Source of the DNA: Chiloscyllium plagiosum
Taxonomy: Eukaryota
Direction of reading: 5' to 3'
NCBI RefSeq assembly: GCF_004010195.1
Contig: NC_057719.1
Location: 22,762,193 to 22,826,192, forward strand
Length of the DNA: 64,000 bases
Below the pieces are notes generated by a model that saw only the letters and a list, made by a program, of their open reading frames with translations, did no database searches and was not told the DNA's origin. Below, in pieces: positions 35,815 to 49,031 of this stretch. The translations under genes and the position numbers were made by a program. Each line of letters opens with the position of its first letter. The stretch's first letter is position 1.

Positions 35815-36552
35815 TTCCATGTCACTGGTCATGGTTCTATGGGCCCCTGTGTGGCTGATGAGTCCAATCCTACAACCATATCTCCAATTACACATTTGGA
35901 AGGTGTTTCCAGTTTGTGGACTTGGTCCTTGACCTTGAAATCATTCAAAATTTTCCTTCTGGACCCATGCCAATGGGTGTTCAAGAAAAATTGGGTCCAC
36001 TTATTAAAGAGATTCCACCAAGTTGTTTTTTTCTGAGTACGGGTCTCACAGGCATTAACATCTATGTTGCATTTCTTGAGGTAAGCTTTCAGGGAGGCTT
36101 TGAAAACAAGTTCCCTGACCTGGGAGCCATCTAAGATTGACATCGATGTGGAGATCCAACATTGAATCCAATCTCCAAGTGCTGCCCTCAGACACATAAG
36201 GATGAGAGCTTTTGATGACAGTTACACCATGCTGACATCAAGACTCTTGTGTATAAGGCAGTGATTGTTCCTTTTCTTTTATGTGGCTTCAAAATGTGAC
36301 CTATGTACAGATGCCACTTCAAGCCCTTAGAGAAGTAACATCAATGCTGATTGAGATTGATTCTTCGCATCAGCTGGGAGGACAAGTGTCAGCGTTCTTG
36401 AAGGAGCTAACAACATTAGGATTGAGGCCATGATCATCTGAGCCTAACTCTGCTGGGCTGGCCGAGTCCTTACAATGCCTGAGCCCTGACTATCAAAGCA
36501 TGTCTTCTTCACCCAGCTCAAGGAAGGCACTTAAATGAGGACCAAGGAAGCA
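35815..36552. mobile_element. RTE-clade LINE 3' fragment with internal inversion
   Basis: 36110-36552 plus: FPDLGSHL, IDVEIQH.IQ, LLVYKAVI, LRLILRISWEDK, LCWAG, GPRK. 35815-36108 minus: FKASLKAYLKKCNIDVNA.ET and the terminal RIGLISH...H motif. Confidence 0.8.
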
Positions 36553-38404
36553 AGATATCTATTGAGCTTGTGATTTGTTACTTTCTGTGTTGCACTACAG
36601 TAAAATTATAAAGAACTGACAAAGCAGAAATGTTCAAATTTTGTTTTTAGCTTTTGAGCCCATGGACCTGATGGGAAGCCTTACCTTTTTAGATCCTGTT
36701 TTGGAATTGTATAGATTGTAATTTCAATTTATGTTATATATTAGATGAACATCCACAGGAGTGAACACCTTTAAAATTACCCCTGTAATTGTTTTGTCAG
36801 ATAATTGATGCATGTTTAGTATTGCCAACATGAGAGTCATTATTTCTGTCAATTTAGATATGTATTTGTTCCTTTCTGACATCCTATTTTCAGTATAGTA
36901 CAACCAACTTCTTCATATGCAGGAGCGAAAGCCAAATTGAGAATGGAAGCATCTTTCAAAGAAAACTTTTTATTTAAGCATCATAACTGTGAGACACAAA
37001 TTAAATTAAAACTGATCTGTGTAGACAGAGAGGAGGAGATAACTATTATAAAAACATATTAATGTGTTTTCTTAGGGGAATTTTAGAAGCAAACCATCAC
37101 AAAATTAGAAAAAGTACATTGTGGAATCACTTGGAGTGCAAAAACCTTTTTCTTAACCTTTAAAGCTTCTGTTGAGTCCTCGACTTAGCTCTCTTGTCAA
37201 TAAGGATCCATCTGATGGAGAGAGATTGTTAGTTGGATTAGATTAATTTGATGGCCATTTTACTAGCTGGGTTTTACCAGAATCTTCAATGTACACATAT
37301 CCTGTTCCAATAAATCTACCTGGAGGATATGTTTCCCTCAGATATATTTCTCCATACATGGACACAGAATGAATTAATACTGAAGTGTTCAGCACAGTAT
37401 TAAAAGACCTGGACACCTCATCTGACTGTTGTGGATATGTCCTTCGATTCCAATAGTTTCCCAGACTCTATACTTTGTGTGTGACTTCAATTCTCTAAAC
37501 CAGCGGTCTCACAGAATAAGTCACAACGCTATTAGCTTTTTCTACACTTCTTTTAATATAAGGTCTTTCTCATCAGCCCCTGGTTGAATTACCTGCCTGT
37601 CTGGCTGTCTAATCTATTGTTTTGCTGTAGGTGGGATATAATGTGTGGGGTTCTGACACGTGTAAAATGATTTTTCACAAATGATGTACAGTGAACGGGA
37701 TAGTTCACAGCAAAAAAACTGCTCATTTTTGAAATTCAATTAAATTGTTTCATCTTTTAAATTCAGATGATGAAGAGATTCTAAAACAGAAAATCACACT
37801 TGCCTGTTAATGGTCTTGTATAGATCTGGACTGACAAGCAACTTGCTAATTTTATTTCAATGAAGCTCGATAAACTGAATTTCTCATCCTAGGAGCAAAG
37901 GACAGCGAGTGCATTTGCTCTGTCCAATCTCCTCTGCCTGCTTGATATATGGTCAAAATTTAAATTATCTAAAAGATCTGTTTCCCTCAGGGACATTCTC
38001 ATCAAGGTTGAAGTTCTGCGTTCTTCTCACTGATTTACCTTGTAGTGCCACAGGAATCAGTGTTGGGGCCTCAACAAATTGCAATTTAAGTCAATGACTT
38101 GGTTGAATGGTTCAAATGTATGTCTGCGAGATTTCCTGAAAATACTAAGTTTGGTCAGAAAATAATTGGTGCAAAGGACCCAAGGATTATGAGAAAATAA
38201 TTGGTGCAGTGGATTCAAGGAATAAATAGGTTACATGAATGGGCAAGAGCTTTGAATGTGGAGGATAATGTTATTGGACACGGTCATTGTCTGGCATTTA
38301 TGTATGCAAATGTTACTTGTTACTTGTCAGCCAAAGCCTGGATATTGTCCAGATACTTCTGCATTTGAACATGGACTGCTTCAGTATCTGAAGAGTCATG
38401 AATG

Positions 38405-38728
38405 ATTAGATTAGATTCCCTACAGTATGGAAACAGGCCACTTGGGCCAACAAGTCCACACCAACCCTCTGAGGAATAATGCACCCAGACCAATTCTCCT
38501 ACCCTATATTTACCCCTAACTAGTGCACCTAACACTATGGGCAATTGAGCATAGCCAATTCACCTGACTTGGAAATCTTTGGATAGTGGGAGAAAATCAA
38601 CGCACCCCCCCCCCAAAGACTCAGTGAGAACATGCAAACTCCACACAGAGTTACCCAAGGTGGGAATTGAACCCAGGTCCCTGGTGCTGTGAGACAGCAG
38701 CACTAATCACTGAGCCACTGTGCCGCAC
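38405..38728 (-). mobile_element. HE1-type V-SINE
   Basis: ttagattagattccctacagtatggaaacaggcc tail, partial V-domain, ggaattgaacccagg..ccactgtgccgc head. Confidence 0.9.
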
Positions 38729-40028
38729 CAATGATGCTGAGCATTGTGAAATCTTTGCCGAACATCCCCCCACTTTTGACTTTATGAAAGAGGGAAAGTC
38801 ATTGATGAAGGAGCTGAAGATGGTTGGGCCCAGATCACTCCCATGAGGAACTCAGGCAAAGATGTCCTGAAGCTGAGATGACTGACCTCCAACAACCACC
38901 ACCATCTTCCAATGTGCCAGGTATGACTCCAAACATTGAAGAGATTTCCTCTGAATTCCTATTGATTCCAGTTTTGCCAGGGGTCCTTGATGCCACACTC
39001 AGTCAAATGCAGCCTTGCCATCAAGGACTGTCAACTCTCCCCATACCTCTGGAGTTCAGCTGTTTTGTCCATGTTTGAAGCAAGACTGTAAAGAGGTCAG
39101 GTGCTGAGTGGCCTTGTGGAACCCAAACTGGGCATCACTGAGCAGGTTATTGCTTAGCAGGTGCTGCTTGATAGCACTGTTGATGACACCTTCCATCACT
39201 TTATTAATGATTGAGAGTAGACTGATAGGGCGGTAATTGACAGCTTAGATTTGTCCTGCCTTTTTTGTGTACAGGATATACCTGGGCAATTTTTTATATT
39301 TTTGGGAATATGCCAGAGTTGTAACTGTGCAAGAAGAATTTGCCCCGGAGAGTTCTGGAGCACAAGTCTTCTGTACTATTACCAGAATGTTGTCATGACC
39401 CATAGCCTTTGCAGTAACCAGTATTTCCAACCATTTTTTGACATCGTATGAAGTGAATTGAATTGTCTGAAGACTGGTATCTGTACTGTTGAGGACCACT
39501 GGAGGAGGCCGAGATGGATCATCCACTTGGGGCATTTCTGTTGAAGATTATTGCAAATGCTTCAATCTTTTGCACTGCTGTACTGGGTTCTTACATCATT
39601 GGGGATGGTGGTATGTGTGGAACCTCCTCATCCAATGAGTTGTTTAATTGTCCACCACCATTCATGATTGGATGTAGTAAGACTGCCGAACTGAGATCTG
39701 ATCCATTAGTTGTAGCATCGCTTAGCTCTATTTATCACTTGCTGTTTATGCTGTCTGGCATGCAAGTAAGTCCTTTTTGGTGGCTTCACCAGGTTAACAC
39801 CTCATTTTTAGATATGCCTGGTGTTACTCCAGGCATGCCTTCTTGCACTCTCTATTGAACCAGGGTTCATCCCTTGGCTGGGTGATAATGGTTGAGCAAG
39901 GCAAATACCAGACCATGAAGTTGCAGATTGTGCTGTAATATAATTCTGTTACTGTTGATGACCCACCACGTTGTATGGTGCCCAGTTTTGAGTTACAAAT
40001 CTGTTCAAAGTCTACCCCATTTAGCATG

Positions 40029-40118
40029 AAGTTAAAATCACAACAACGCTGCATTATAGTTCAACAGGTTTATTTGGAAACATTATGTTTTGAGGTGCTG
40101 CTCTCTCATCAGGTGATT
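40029..40118 (-). mobile_element. PLE pseudo-LTR fragment
   Basis: aagttaaaatcacaacaac..ttatagttcaacaggtttatttggaa..tcatcaggtg is homologous to 7676-7763 and 55077-55163. Confidence 0.75.
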
Positions 40119-41389
40119 GTCAACCATTTAGCACTAAGACAATGCTACACAATACGATGAAGATTATTCTCCATGTGAAGGAAGGAATGGTCTCCACAAG
40201 GACTGTGCCATGGTCACTCTTACCAATACTGTCAATAACAGATGCATCTGCAGCCAACGGATCAGTAAGGATGAGGTCAAGTATGTTTTTCCCTCTTGTT
40301 GGTTCCCTCACCATCTGCCACAGATGTAGCAAAACTGCTCTATCCTTTTCAACCTGACCAGCTTGATCAGTAGTGCTGCTGCTGAGCCACTCTTGGTGGT
40401 GGACATTGAAATTTACCACCCAGAGTGCACTTGCAATCCTCAGTGCTTCCTCCAAGTGTTTTTCAACGTGGACGAGCACCGATTCACCAGCCATAGGAAC
40501 ACAGTTCACAGTAATCAGCAGGAGGTTTCCTTGTCCATGTTTAACCTGAAGACATAAGACTTTATGGGATTCAGAGTCAATGTTGAAGACTCCTTGGGCA
40601 ACTCCCTACTGACTATAAACCACTCTGCTACCATTTCTGCTGAGTCTGTCTTGCCAGGGATGGTGATGACAGTATCTGGGACATTGGTTGTGAGGTATGA
40701 TTCTATGAGTATGACGATGTCAGGCTGTTGCTTGAAAAACTATGCAATGGCTCTCCCAATTTTGGCACTAGGCCTCAGATGTCAGTGAGGAGGACTTTGT
40801 CGTGCCAACAGGACTGCTCCTGCCATTGACATTTCCGGTACCTAGGTCGATGCCATCTGTTGAGTTCATTTTCTTTTTGTTGGGACTTTGTAGTGATTGA
40901 TAACACTGAGTATATTCTAGGCTATTTCGCAGGGCAGTTGATAGTCAACCACTATGCTGTAAATCTGGAATCACATGTCGGCCAGACCAGGCGAGGATAA
41001 CAGATTTCCTTCCCTGAAGGACGCTAATGAACCATCTCCCTTTGTTGCTTACTGGTGTTACCACCATTGAATCTCCCACATTGAGACTCTAGTGGTTAAT
41101 GCTGGTCAGAAACTTAACTGGATCAGTCTGACTTTTTATGATTAAAAAGAACAGAGAGAATTAAATGGAGTATGAAAAACTAACATTTTGAAGTGATGAA
41201 ATTCCAAAATACTCCAAAAAGAGAGAATGTTTGCTTACTATTTGTGGACCTCCATCATGTACATTGACGACATGCATTGTTCTTTTCATCAACTTGCTCT
41301 TTCACATTCGATTAATTAACTAAGATATTTCCCCCTTACTACAGATTCTAAATCTTTACTCATCCCTGAGTTAAAATAGCTAGAACTGA

Positions 41390-42520
41390 CCTACCACCCT
41401 TTATTGAATAAGGTTGTCACATTTGCCTTTCTCTAATCATCTAACAGCTTCACTGTATCTCATGGGATCGAAACATCTTGATAAACCCTTCTGCTACCTG
41501 CACCCCCACTTCCTTTAGCAATCTGAAGCATAAGCAATCTGGAACAGATGAGCTCTCCATTCTAAACATAGGCAACATTTCCAGTCCCTTGCCACTGTCA
41601 ATTTTCATCCTGTCCACTACCATTGGCATTTCTATTTTTTCTAATATTTTGTGATTCCTTCTTCCTTAGTAAATACCAATACAAGTGCTCATTAAGTTGT
41701 CTAGACTTGCTCTGTGCTTCTGACCATATATCACATTCGTTGTCCCTAATTGGACACCCACTCCACCACTTACAACTTATTTACTATTTACATGCTGTTT
41801 GGATAACTTGAGGTTTACTTTTATGTTGACTACAATTCCTTTCTGACACTCTGTCTTCACCAGTCATACTTGCATTTACTGCAGATGCTAGAATCTGAAC
41901 TGACAACAACAAATGTTGGAGATCACTACAGGTCAAACATCGTCCGTGGAGAGAGCAAGCTTAACATTTCAAGTCTAGGTGACTCTTCATCATGCATCAT
42001 GAACCATTTCGTTTCATACTATTCTCTCCAACCCTCATCATCCAAGGAGTTCTGTCCTTGGTCTCCTACCTTACACACTTATTGGAATAAATCTACTTTG
42101 TACCGGAAGCATTTCCTCAACAGATCATTCAACGTTAGATTAAAATTTGTCCTATCCATCATTGGTTGCATTTTGCACTGTTGAGATCTCTTTTCATCCC
42201 ATTGAAGCTCTTCTAATTTAGACAGTTAACTGTCATTCTACTTTTGGTTGTTCTTCTGTTTCTCCCCATTACTATTTGAAACTTTATGATATGATTATCA
42301 CTCTTGGTCAAGAGTTTCCTCACCAACATGTTGTTCAATTGGTCCTTCTCCTTTCTCAAACTATGATTAGTATTGGTACCCTTCCAGTTGGGCAGAAGAT
42401 GCTGATCAAGGAAGTGCTTCTGAACACATTCCAGAAATTCCTCCTCTTCCTCATCTTTTACTCTAACATTATCCAGATCGATGATTGTATAATTAAAATC
42501 TCTAATATCATCATTAAATA
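41390..42520 (-). mobile_element. Highly degraded CR1 ORF2 with nested PLE pLTR (~41876-41991)
   Basis: ccttttattgaataaggttgtcacatttgcc, atatgattatcactct and cattccagaaattcctc resemble CR1 ORF2 antisense. The pLTR gcagatgctagaatctgaactgacaac..ggagagagcaagct..gactcttcatca matches 29395-29507. Confidence 0.6.
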
Positions 42521-43092
42521 GGTTGTGAATATAGCTAAATGTTTAAAATTGCTAATTAATTCTTCTATCTATTGGTTATGTCAGTAGTGCTTACTTAGAA
42601 AGCCCTGCAGAAAATCTGTAATGAGTGTGCTTATTTGAGCATTGTATGGCATAACAAGATGGTATAATTGAAGGAAGATTTGAAAAGGCCAAGTTTTTTT
42701 TGTGAAATTGATACTTGCAATCCCTAAAAGATCTGAAAGACACACAAGAGGGAGCCCACAATTCCTTGAGGCCTGCTAGAAGTCAACACCAGCAACAGGC
42801 AGTTAACCCTGTGATTTAAATTACACAGATTGAAACAGAGGAATCTTAATTTTAAAATTCACCACACAGAAAAGCAGTTTATTTTGGTCATGCATACCCG
42901 CATTTTCTTTATAAGTATTTGCAACACTACTACAACAATGTAATAGGTTTAATTGATTTTTAACTTTGTACACCCCAGTCCAACACCGGCATCTCCCAAT
43001 CATGACAATAATGTAACACGATCTTGAACAATATCTTATATTTACGTTTGTGTCATTTGTCAGCTGTTTAATTTCAGGAGATGGAGGAGACA

Positions 43093-43440
43093 CAGTGGTA
43101 ATGTCACTGCACTCACAATCCATAGTTCTAGGCTAATGTTCTGAGAAGAAGGATTCAAATTCTGCCAGAGTAGGTGGTGAAATTTAAATTCAATGAGAAG
43201 TGGAATTAAAAGCCAGCCTAATGGTAAACATATAACCATTGTCATAAGATGCCATTTGGCTTCCTAACGTTCTTAAGTGAAGGAAATCTGTCATCCTTAC
43301 TTGGTCTGGCCTACATGTGACTCCGGACCACAGGAATGTGACTAACACCCTTAAAACAGACTTTAGAACCCGTCAGCTTCACAGCAATTAGAAAAGGTTA
43401 GCCTTTGCCAACAGTACCCAAATCCTGTACAAGAATAAAA
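43093..43440 (+). mobile_element. SINE family 'B'
   Basis: cagtggtaatgtcactg head, ggattcaaattctgcca B-box-like, gaaggaaatctgtcatccttacttggtctggcctacatgtgactccggaccacag body. Confidence 0.75.
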
Positions 43441-43711
43441 TCAATCATGAATGTACACTATAAAAAACTTTAGCCAGGACTACGTTGAATGCTTAATATG
43501 ATATGTAGACACTTTATTGCTATTTTGTTGTGGATGCTAAACTCTTTATTTTAAATAAACTGTTAATTGTAATTGAAATAACAATCAAAGGAATCTGCTA
43601 CAACATTGCTGCAACACCTAGAAGCTTCTTCGATAGTATTTCATACAACTGCATTGCCATAGTCATCTTTACAATCTGAAATTGAAATAAAATGAATAAT
43701 TTTATTTTAGG

Positions 43712-43886
43712 TTAAAGGTAAAGTTGACATAGCCTAGAGGACCATAGGGCTGCTCTCTCATTAAAGAGAGATAATAGATGGTGGTTGAACCTAAGGGTCA
43801 CCACATCACAGGCAGGGGGAGAGGTTGAGCAGAAGGTAACTTCATGGTAATCTCAGACAGTACAGGAATTGAACCTGCACTATTGG
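43712..43886 (-). mobile_element. SINE family 'C'
   Basis: accatagggctgctctctcatta..ggtggttgaacctaagggtcacc..ttcatggtaatctca..ggaattgaacc is the reverse complement of 3390-3540. Confidence 0.7.
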
Positions 43887-43974
43887 TCTCAATAGCTACT
43901 GGCATTGGCCTTGTCGTTTGTACTGAACGCACCTCGCACTAGTTAAGCCATCTTCAAAAGTGTCTCGTAAACCC

Positions 43975-44212
43975 ATGAGCTCTACCATCAAGAAGTACAT
44001 GGTTACTGAGAAGGAGGACATTATGATGTGGAAACTCTCCACCAAATCACACACCATCCTGACATGGAACTTTCATGTAGAAGTACCATGGAGTCCCTTC
44101 ATCAGATGGACTGCAGCAGTTCACTGCCATCCTTTCAGGGGTAATAAGAGATGGGCAAGAAAAGCTAAAATATTCTAGCAATGGCCATAACCTAAAAATG
44201 AATTTAAAGAAA
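43975..44212 (+). mobile_element. LINE 3' terminal fragment sharing its tail with SINE family B
   Basis: Overlaps the end of 34520-34958 (ccatc.agaag.aca.gg; ctc.cca.c.aa..cac.caccat), then gatggactgcagcagtt..ggtaataagagatgggcaa. Confidence 0.55.
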
Positions 44213-44739
44213 GATGTAAAGTGTTACAGGTTATCCATTGGTATGGCTAATCATAATTTATATACCAAGATATTGAAATCAATTTATAAAGTGCTCTCGG
44301 TATTATAGTCAACATAAATTTATGTGAGTACATGTGGTCAAATTTTAATAACAAAATGTACTTATGCATATCCACTTAAATAATCATCACTGTTAATGTT
44401 GACAAAAAAAGAGAACATGGGCCCAAATTTGGCTTGCTCAAAACATTATCGCATAGATGGAGTTAAAATCAGGCCCTACCATATTACTCAATTAAACACA
44501 TGCTCTCTAATGTCAAAGTACTTTTGGCCTACAATTGATCACTGTTGATTTTCATGGATGTAGCAAAATTATTGCTTTTAGCTTTAGCAGAGTATCAAAG
44601 TGGTGATTGAATACATTTGTAATAAATATCAACAGGAATCCATCTTTTATAATTCCACGTATGATATCTTAAACATATTCAATTCTTGTTAATTTATGCA
44701 GAAGTTAAAACTTTAAACCACCAATATTTTTTTACTTCC

Positions 44740-44986
44740 AGTGTGGAAACAAGCCCTTCAGCCCAACAAGTCCACACCGACCTGCAACTCACCCATACAT
44801 TTACCCCTTCACCTAACACTACGAGCACTTTAGCATGGCCAATTCTTTGGACTGTGGGAGGAAACCCACACAGACACGGGGAGAATGTGCAAATTCCACA
44901 CAGTCAGTCGCCTGAGGCAAGGATTGAACCCAGGTCTCTGGTGCTGTGAGGCAGCAGTGCTAACCACTGTGCCACCATACCGCCGT
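44740..44986 (-). mobile_element. HE1-type V-SINE with internal deletions
   Basis: cagtgtggaaacaagcccttcagcccaacaagtccacacc ... gcaaattccacacagtcagtcgcctgagg ... gtgctaaccactgtgccacc. Confidence 0.9.
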
Positions 44987-45516
44987 GTCTCTGTAACCTC
45001 AGTGCAGGATTGGTAAAAACCCTGGAAAAACAGCAAGAATGACTAATTCACAAGAGTTTCTGACAAGTTTCCACTGAAGTTATAATAGGATACCAGAACA
45101 GTCCCTATGGAAATTTAACCTCTTTATCTTGAAGTCAATTTTGATTTATTTGCAATCTGAGATTCAAATAAACTTAATAACACTTCTATGGTTTAAAAAT
45201 TACATTATAGAGCACCATTTAAGCCATTGGCAACACAATTTCATCTTCATTGTTTTGACCAGAGTGGGTTATTTCAAAATGGTTGCTTATCTATATCTTG
45301 TAACATATTAATAAGGAATGTCTTCAATTTGGAAACACGAATTACAATTAAATATTGAAAAGAAAATCTGAAAATTCTCAAACCACATCATAACAGTGAT
45401 TATTGCACAGGATTTCCTGTCCTTCATATGGACTGAAACTTGCCTGTTATCATAGAGCAATGTACTTGGCAGTTCTAATATTCCCTTCACCCTCTGAAGG
45501 CATAGGTGTCAGCCTA

Positions 45517-45778
45517 ATGGTGTTAGTGCTGGATGTCTCATCCAGAGACTCAGGTTCAAATTCTGCTACTGAAAGATGGAGGAATTTGAATTCAATAAAA
45601 ATCTGGAATTAAAAGTATATGGTTGGGGAAAACTCATCTGGATCATTAATGCCCTTTTAGGACTGAATCTGCCAACTTACCTATACATGACTCCAGATCC
45701 AGAGCAATATGGTTGACTTTTAACTGCACTCTGAGTAATTGGATTTAACCAGTGACACCCTCATCCTGTGAATGACTC
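45517..45778 (+). mobile_element. SINE family 'B', deleted form
   Basis: tggtgttagtgctgga..tccagagactcaggttcaaattc..ggaatttgaattcaataaaaatctggaatt..tacatgactccagatccagagcaatatggttgact..taactgc. Confidence 0.7.
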
Positions 45779-47424
45779 CTTTAAAAAAAAAACATAAATT
45801 TCCATTATTAAACTGTAATGGTGCCAATCCATACCTCACACATGACTGAGCAAGTGGAAATAAGACTCACAGTGATATTAATGTACTGAGAAATGAAGGA
45901 GTACTTTTGTACCCAAGCCCTTGACTGCGTCTGTAATGAAATGCTGATGAACTACTTACAAGCTCAGCACATGCAGCAGCCAAGAGCTTATACATGACAG
46001 AATGTATAAAGGGGTTGATGCTAACTGCTCATGTGAAGAAATTCAGTAAACACTTGGGAATCCATTGAGAACCATTTCATGATACAATTTCACCTGGTGA
46101 CCAGTTAGTATCATGAGAACCTCTTTAGTGGCACATTTTGCATCTTTTTCTTGGTTGTCTGAAACATTGCTGGTCATTCAAAGCCAACGCAATCTGACAA
46201 TGCCTTGTCTCAGTGAACTCCTATGAGTGATCAACATTTCCTGCTTGATGAAATTTGCATTAATGCACAGCCAAAATAGTTTCACATTGACAGGAAGTGC
46301 AATACAACAGGCTAAATATTTTTGACGTATTCCTTACAGGTGGTTTATCCATTGGGAAAATAGAAAATTGATTGGGTGGTGGCAACATCCTCAGTCACTT
46401 AAAAGGGAGACGCAATTGCCAAAGGTCCAGAAAGTTAGGTTGGAAATCATGTTCTCATTGAGAGCTGGAACAAGGATTCTGGGTAATCCAAGATGGAGGA
46501 CAGGAAAAATTTCTGACTGTAACAGCTGCTCCTTTATTGAGGTATTTTAGGTGTTGGAGGTGATTTCCTCGAATTCCAGGAGCAGCAATTACTGTTTTAC
46601 ATGCTGTTGCATTGTTTTGGAACTTTGGAAAAAAAAGTCAAAACAACAGCAGTTTTAAAGGGAGAAGAACAGACAAAGGAAGCACATGGTGAAGTCAATG
46701 CAGGAGAGAGAGAGAAAGAAATTGACACAGCAGTGAAGCTGCACAGTTACTGCCTTTGCTGTTTGAATTCATGTATCGCTGGAGATTGGAGTGCGTCTGG
46801 GAAAATTAACTAACAGTGAAATTCACAACTAATCTTGGAGGAACTGTTTGGGCAAAGTTCACAGCACAGAAGCAGATAAGAGTATTGTTTTTAAGTGGGA
46901 CCTACAGAAAGTCCGCAGTAGTGAGTAGAGTGGGTTCTTTCTTGATTATATGTTTTTTGTGATATGTCCCTTGATTAAACTTAAAATATAAGCCATAACT
47001 ATTAATTTAAGTTGGGGCAGTGTTTTGTAGAGGAATAAGACAGTGTTATTTTTTGGGTTTGGAGATTGTGAAGGAGCAAAAATGGCCTTTAGTAGAGTGA
47101 TTTGTGCTTCATGTCAGATATGGGAGTTTAAAGAGAGTTTAAGGGTTACTGCAGATTATATCTGCAATAAATGCTGTTGGTTGTGAATCTTATCAGACCG
47201 AATGGATCGGTTGGAGAAGCAGTTAGAAGCAATGAGGAATTTGCAACAGCAACAGTATGGGATGGATGACAGTAAAAGAAAGAGGGTAAAGTCCCAAATA
47301 CAGTCACATAGATGGGTTAACTCCAGGAAAGGTAAGAGAGGTAGGAAGCTAGTGCAGGAGACTTCTGTGGTTATACCCATTTCAAACAAGTATGCTATTT
47401 TGGAAAACAAGTATACTGTTTACA

Positions 47425-47742
47425 GGTGGCACGGTGGCACAATGGTTAGCACTGCTGCCTCACAGCGCCAGAGACCTGGGTTCAATTCCTGCCTCTGGTG
47501 ACTAACTGTGTGGAGTTTGCACATTCTCCCCGTGTCTGCATGCGTTTCCTCTGGCTGTTCCGGTTTCCTCCCACAGTCCAAAAATGTGGTGGTTAGGTGA
47601 ATTGGCCAAGCTAAATTGCCCGGAGTGTTAGGTGCATGGGTAAATGTAGGGGAATGGGTCTGGGTGGGTTGCGCTTTGGTGGGTCGGTGTGGACTTGTTG
47701 GGCCGAAGGGCCTGTTTCCACACTGCAAGTAATCTAATCTAA
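47425..47742 (+). mobile_element. HE1-type V-SINE, full length, inserted in CR1 ORF1
   Basis: ggtggcacggtggcacaatggttagc (A box), gggttcaattcc (B box), V-domain, gtaatctaatctaaa tail. Confidence 0.95.
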
Positions 47743-48720
47743 AAAAAATGTGGGGGGGTGATGGATTCTCAGGGGAATGTAGCATGAACAGCCAAGTTTC
47801 TGTTATTGAGGCTGGCTCTAATGGAATGAGGGGTACGTCGGGTTCCAAGAGACCAATTGTGTTATGGGATTCTGTAGTCCGTGGTACAGACAGACGTTTC
47901 TGTGGCCAGCAGCGAAAAATCAGAATGGTGATTGCTTCCCTGATGCCAGGATCAAGGATGTCTCAGAGAGGATACAAAATGTTCTCAAGGGGGAGAGGGG
48001 CCAGCAAGAGGTCATTGCCCACATTGGAACCAACGATATAGGAAGGGAAAAGGTTGAGATTCTGAAGGGAGATTGCAGAGAGTTCGGCAGGAATTTAAAA
48101 CGAAGGTCCTCGAGCGTAGTAATATCTGGATTACTCCCGGTGCTATGAGCTAGTGAGGGCAGGAATGAGATTGTGAGGAAAGAGATCAATTTGAGATTGG
48201 TACAGGTGAGAACAGAAGCGAGACAAATAGTCAGGGACAATGTAGGACTAATAAATTAAACTTCATTTACTTCAATGCAAGCGGCCTTAACAGGGAAGGC
48301 AGATGAACTCAGGGCATGGTTAGGAACATGGGACTGGGATATCATAGCAATTACAGAAACATGGCTCAGGGATGGGCAGGACTGGCAGCTTAATGTTCCA
48401 GGATACAAATGCTACAGGAAGGATAGAAAGGGAGGCAAGAGAGAAGGGGGAGTGGTGTTTTTGACAAGGGATAGCATTACAGCTGTGCTGAGGGAGGGTA
48501 TTCCTGGAAATACATCCAGGGAAGTTATTTGGGTGGAACTGAGAAATAAGAAAGGGATGATCACCTTATTGGGATTGTATTATAAACCCCCTAATAGGAA
48601 ATTGAGAAACAAACTTGTAAGGAGATCTCAGCTATCTGTAAGAATAATAGGGCAGTTATGGTTGGGGATTTTAACTTTCCCAACATAGATTGGGACTGCC
48701 ATAGTGTTAAGGGTTTAGAT

Positions 48721-49031
48721 TAGATTAGATCACTTACAGTGTGGAAACAGACCCTACAGCCCAACAAGTCCACACTGACGCGCAACCCACCCAGACCCAT
48801 TCCCCTACATTTGTCCCTTCACCTAACACTACGGGCAATTTAGCATGGCCAATTCACCTGACCTGCACATTTTTGGACTGTGGGAGGAAACCGGAGCACC
48901 CGAAGGAAACCCACGCAGACACGAGAAGAATGTGCAAACTCCACACAGTCAGTCGCCTGAGGCAGGAATTGAACGTGGGTCTCTGGCGCTATGAGGCAGC
49001 AGTGCTAACCACTGTGCCACCATGCCACCCA
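48721..49031 (-). mobile_element. HE1-type V-SINE, full length, inserted in CR1 ORF2 with 7-bp TSD
   Basis: tttagat at 48714-48720 and 49032-49038. Removing the insert restores aagggtttagatggagaggaattt. Confidence 0.95.

Larger units (their letters stand above)
38270..41035 (-). mobile_element. CR1/L2-group LINE 5' half (endonuclease to RT), with nested HE1 and PLE fragments
   Basis: NFNVHHQEWL..STTD..G, VREPTRGKNILDLILT and SIGKSDH (APE endonuclease), PWFN..C, KAMG.DNI, DNIQA.ADK. The 5' end (40905-41035) matches the body of SINE family B. Confidence 0.85.

Noticed and set aside
47425..47500. tRNA-like sequences (A and B boxes)
   Set aside because: They are SINE heads continuing into a SINE body and tail; no standalone cloverleaf tRNA gene is supported.
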